Assembly (NCBI GenBank): GCA_034530875.2
Contig: JAVRCJ020000022.1
Coordinates: forward strand, 1-64,000
Length of the DNA stretch: 64,000 nt
DNA from: Nostoc sp. DedSLP01
Lineage (GTDB): Bacteria > Cyanobacteriota > Cyanobacteriia > Cyanobacteriales > Nostocaceae
Direction of reading: 5' to 3'
Positions 60,865 through 64,000 of the stretch are shown here, piece after piece. The notes beneath the pieces were generated by a model, which did not search any database, was not told the origin of the DNA, and saw only the letters and a list, made by a program, of their open reading frames with translations. Each line of letters starts with the position of its first letter. The stretch's first letter is position 1. The position numbers and the translations under genes were made by a program.

Positions 60865-61878
60865 ATGGGGAATTGGAGAAAATGGAGAATATGCAAACAA
60901 ACAAAGGGCATAGTCTCATTATTTGGTGTGTTAGTGTTGTCAATGGCTGCTGGCTGTAGCCAATCGAATCAGAATCAAGGAACAACTGCCCAACAGTCAC
61001 CGCAAGCACAGGAGGCTGCATCTACTCCCATAGCGCAGCGAGAAAAAACTAAAGTAGTGACGACATTTTTACCGATATATTTGTTTACCAAAGCAGTAGC
61101 TGGAAATGTAGCAGACGTAGAAATTTTAGTCCCACCTGGTACGGAAGTACACGAATACCAAGCGACACCAGAAAATGTCAAAGCGATCGCCACTGCTAAT
61201 GTATTAGTTAAAAATGGTTTAGGCTTGGAAGAATTTTTGGCAGATACTATCAAAAATGCCCAAAATTCTAAATTAACACAAATTGATGCCAGTAAAGATA
61301 TTAAACCCTTAAATGAAATTTCGCCTGTTGAAACAACCCAAACAAACGAAGAACGCGATCGCGAACACAGCAAAGGCAATCCTCATGTTTGGTTAGATCC
61401 AGTTTTGGCAAAACAGCAAGTAATCAATATTCGTGATGGTCTAACTACTGCTGACCCCAAGAATAAAACGGCTTATGAAGCTAATGCTGCAACTTATATT
61501 AAAGAATTAGAAAATCTCAACAATGAATTTCAACAGACTTTGCAAAAAAATCCCAGTTGTACGTTTGTGACTTTTCATGATGCATTTCCATACATAGCCA
61601 AACGCTATAACCTGAAGCAAGTTGCTGTGGTAGAAATTCCCGAAGACCAACTTTCACCAACAGATGTGCAAAATGCTGTCAACGCTGTAAAAAAGTATAA
61701 AGTTAAAGCCTTATTTAGCGAACCAGGAGTAGATAATAAATTGCTTGCTAGCCTTTCAAAAGACTTGAAATTAAATTTGCGTACTTTAGATTCTCTAGAA
61801 ACTGGGGAAACAAACCCACAGTATTATTTCCAAGCGATGAAAGCTAATTTACAAACTCTAGAAACTGCATGTAAATAA
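60865..61878 (+). CDS. znuA: Zinc ABC transporter substrate-binding lipoprotein
   Basis: Lipobox AAGC; EVHEYQ, NGLGLE, NPHVWLDP and FHDAFPY motifs. Confidence 0.9.
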   Translation: MGNWRKWRICKQTKGIVSLFGVLVLSMAAGCSQSNQNQGTTAQQSPQAQEAASTPIAQREKTKVVTTFLPIYLFTKAVAGNVADVEILVPPGTEVHEYQATPENVKAIATANVLVKNGLGLEEFLADTIKNAQNSKLTQIDASKDIKPLNEISPVETTQTNEERDREHSKGNPHVWLDPVLAKQQVINIRDGLTTADPKNKTAYEANAATYIKELENLNNEFQQTLQKNPSCTFVTFHDAFPYIAKRYNLKQVAVVEIPEDQLSPTDVQNAVNAVKKYKVKALFSEPGVDNKLLASLSKDLKLNLRTLDSLETGETNPQYYFQAMKANLQTLETACK

Positions 61879-61928
61879 ATTAGCTATTTATCTTTTCCAA
61901 ATGACTAATGACTAATAACTAATAACTA

Positions 61929-62729
61929 ATGAATAATAACATTCCTATTTTAAAAGTTGAAGGATTAACTGTTTATCAAGGCAGTTATTTAGCTATACGA
62001 GATGTTTCCTTTGAATTGTTACCAGGAACAGATACCGCTATAGTTGGCCCCAATGGTGCTGGTAAAAGTACTCTGATAAAAGCGATTTTAGATTTGATAC
62101 CTCGAAGTTCTGGGACTATTGAAATATTAGATCGTCCAATCGCAAAATTAGGGCATTTACGTCACTTTTTGGGTTATATGCCGCAAAATTTCTTTTTTGA
62201 CCGTAGCTTTCCAATTTCTGTTAGGGAATTGGTGGGACTAGGATGGACGAGTAAAGGCAAAAGGCAAAAGGCAAAAGGCAAAACAGACGATTCATTTTTT
62301 GCCTGGTTGTGGAGACAAGACCGAGAAAAAACAGCAGCAGTAACAGAAGCTTTACAAAGAACCGATGCTTATCATTTACAGCATCAAGCAATTGGTACTC
62401 TAAGCGGCGGTCAACTCAAGCGAGTGTTGTTAGCTTATTGTTTGGTAACGCCACGAAAACTATTAGTACTAGATGAAGCTTTTGCTGGAGTTGATGTCCA
62501 AGGTGCCGCAGATTTTTACGCTTTGCTAAATGAATTAAAGCGCGAAGAGGGTTGGACAGTATTACAAGTTTCCCATGATATTGATATGGTAAGCCGTCAT
62601 TGCGATCGCGTGCTTTGCCTAAATCAAACCATTGTTTGCACTGGTAAGCCAGAAATTGCCCTTTCACCAAAAAATCTGCTTGCAACCTACGGCCCTGGCT
62701 TCAGTCGCTACCAGCACCATCACGATTAA
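61929..62729 (+). CDS. znuC: Metal ABC transporter ATP-binding protein
   Basis: GPNGAGKST, LSGGQ, LDE and SHD motifs; His-rich end. Confidence 0.9.
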   Translation: MNNNIPILKVEGLTVYQGSYLAIRDVSFELLPGTDTAIVGPNGAGKSTLIKAILDLIPRSSGTIEILDRPIAKLGHLRHFLGYMPQNFFFDRSFPISVRELVGLGWTSKGKRQKAKGKTDDSFFAWLWRQDREKTAAVTEALQRTDAYHLQHQAIGTLSGGQLKRVLLAYCLVTPRKLLVLDEAFAGVDVQGAADFYALLNELKREEGWTVLQVSHDIDMVSRHCDRVLCLNQTIVCTGKPEIALSPKNLLATYGPGFSRYQHHHD

Positions 62730-62841
62730 TTTGGGCATAGGGCATAAGGCAGAAGTTCTTTAATTTTGAATTTTGAATTTTGAATTGATTTGTCTCCCCA
62801 TCTCCCCAGTCACCAGTCCCCAGTCACCAGTCCCCATAATT

Positions 62842-63711
62842 ATGGATTTATTCAATAATTGTCAAATAGCTTGGCTAGCGATCGCCAGTAGTAATGACTT
62901 GGTAAGCTTATTACAATATCCCTTCATGCAACGGGCAATTGTAGAAGCTCTACTAATGGGAATACTTGGTGGGATATTAAGTAGTTTTGTCACCTTGCGC
63001 CAGCTGTCTTTTTTCAGTCACGCTGTTAGTCATGCAGCATTAGTAGGTGTGGTGTTAGGTGTGCTGCTACAAGTAAACCCTACTTGGATGCTGTTACCTT
63101 TTACCTTAGTTTTCGGCGTTCTTGTTCTCTACTTTATCGACAAAACTGACTTAGGTAGCGATAGCGTACTTAGTATAGTGCTATCTGGAGCATTGGCGAT
63201 CGGACTAATTCTCACCAGCTTCATTAAAGGATATCGCGGTAACTTAATGGCAGTGCTGTTTGGCGATATTCTGGCGCTTGATACCACAGATTTGGTTTTA
63301 ACGTTGGTGGTACTTGTGGGAAGTTGCATATTTTTACTATCAACTCTGCAACAGCAAATTTTGTTAACACTTAACCCCGATGTGGCGCAGGTTCAAGGTA
63401 TTCCCGTGCAACTGTACCGCTACGCTTTTGTGGTCTTGCTTTCACTCGCCGTTGCTGTAGCAATAAAAGCCGTTGGTGTTTTACTGGTAAATGCCTTTTT
63501 GGTTATTCCCGCTTCCACTGCCAAACTAATGAGTCACCACTTTAGCCGCTTTCTGGTCATTTCGGTAATAGTCGGTTCCATCAGCAGCATTACTGGCATC
63601 ATTGTCTCAGGTCTTTTCAACCTAGCTTCCGGCCCTAGTATCGTTCTTGTGCAGTTCCTCATGTTTCTAGCTGTTTTCATCTGCTTAAAGTTGACCTTGA
63701 AAACTGCGTAA
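62842..63711 (+). CDS. znuB: Metal ABC transporter permease
   Basis: FMQRA, SHAVSHAAL, LFGDIL, KAVGVLLV and SGPSIV motifs; start taken at ATG 62842. Confidence 0.9.
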   Translation: MDLFNNCQIAWLAIASSNDLVSLLQYPFMQRAIVEALLMGILGGILSSFVTLRQLSFFSHAVSHAALVGVVLGVLLQVNPTWMLLPFTLVFGVLVLYFIDKTDLGSDSVLSIVLSGALAIGLILTSFIKGYRGNLMAVLFGDILALDTTDLVLTLVVLVGSCIFLLSTLQQQILLTLNPDVAQVQGIPVQLYRYAFVVLLSLAVAVAIKAVGVLLVNAFLVIPASTAKLMSHHFSRFLVISVIVGSISSITGIIVSGLFNLASGPSIVLVQFLMFLAVFICLKLTLKTA

Positions 63712-63787
63712 ATATTTTTCTCCAATCTCTTGCAAAATCCTTTTTCCTTTGCTACATTTATTAATCGTGGCTCAAATAAAAGCCCCA

Positions 63788-63860
<73 letters not shown>

Positions 63861-63863
63861 TAT

Positions 63864-63899
63864 AAAAACCCTTGAAATAATCGACTTCAAGGGTTTTTT
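63864..63899 (+). terminator. Intrinsic terminator after tRNA-Phe
   Basis: aaaaacccttgaa...ttcaagggtttttt. Confidence 0.75.
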
Positions 63900-64000
63900 G
63901 CTTTCTCATACCTCAAAAATAGAGGATAAGTGTTCTACTTATGCCAATTTTGGACGTTCCTGGATACCTTTAGAGACAAAAGTGGGTGTAAAAGTGGTGT

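Overview
A 64-kb chromosomal window from a heterocyst-forming (Nostocales-type) cyanobacterium, shown by hetR, sepJ, patX, abundant HIP1 (GCGATCGC) sites and heptameric STRR repeats. Most of it is conserved core genome: smc, a Ski2/HelY-like helicase, the der(engA)-ecfT-pabB/trpE-like-pipX-pipY-sepF-proC cluster, psaK, trpF, the alkane cluster ado-aar-accA-SDR-folE, moaA, rpsD, hetR/sepJ, pit, patX, comF, a sucrose-phosphate-synthase-like GT4, NFACT/RqcH, a porin divergent from znuACB, and tRNA-Phe. The most unusual part is an accessory tandem duplication at 26.7-33.0 kb. Each of its two units has a conserved upstream box, then a small protein with a conserved leader-like N-terminus and a divergent 4-Cys C-terminal tail, then a filamentous-haemagglutinin (TPS-domain) exoprotein. 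Other notable observations are a 21-bp tandem array enclosed by terminal inverted repeats, an internally deleted PIN toxin behind an intact excisionase-HTH gene, a probable repeat-derived insertion in PatX, many in-frame repeat insertions in housekeeping genes, a probable NsrR1-like sRNA, and NtcA, DIF1, Zur and Yfr1-target motifs. All family assignments come from recognising motifs by eye; no database searches were run.
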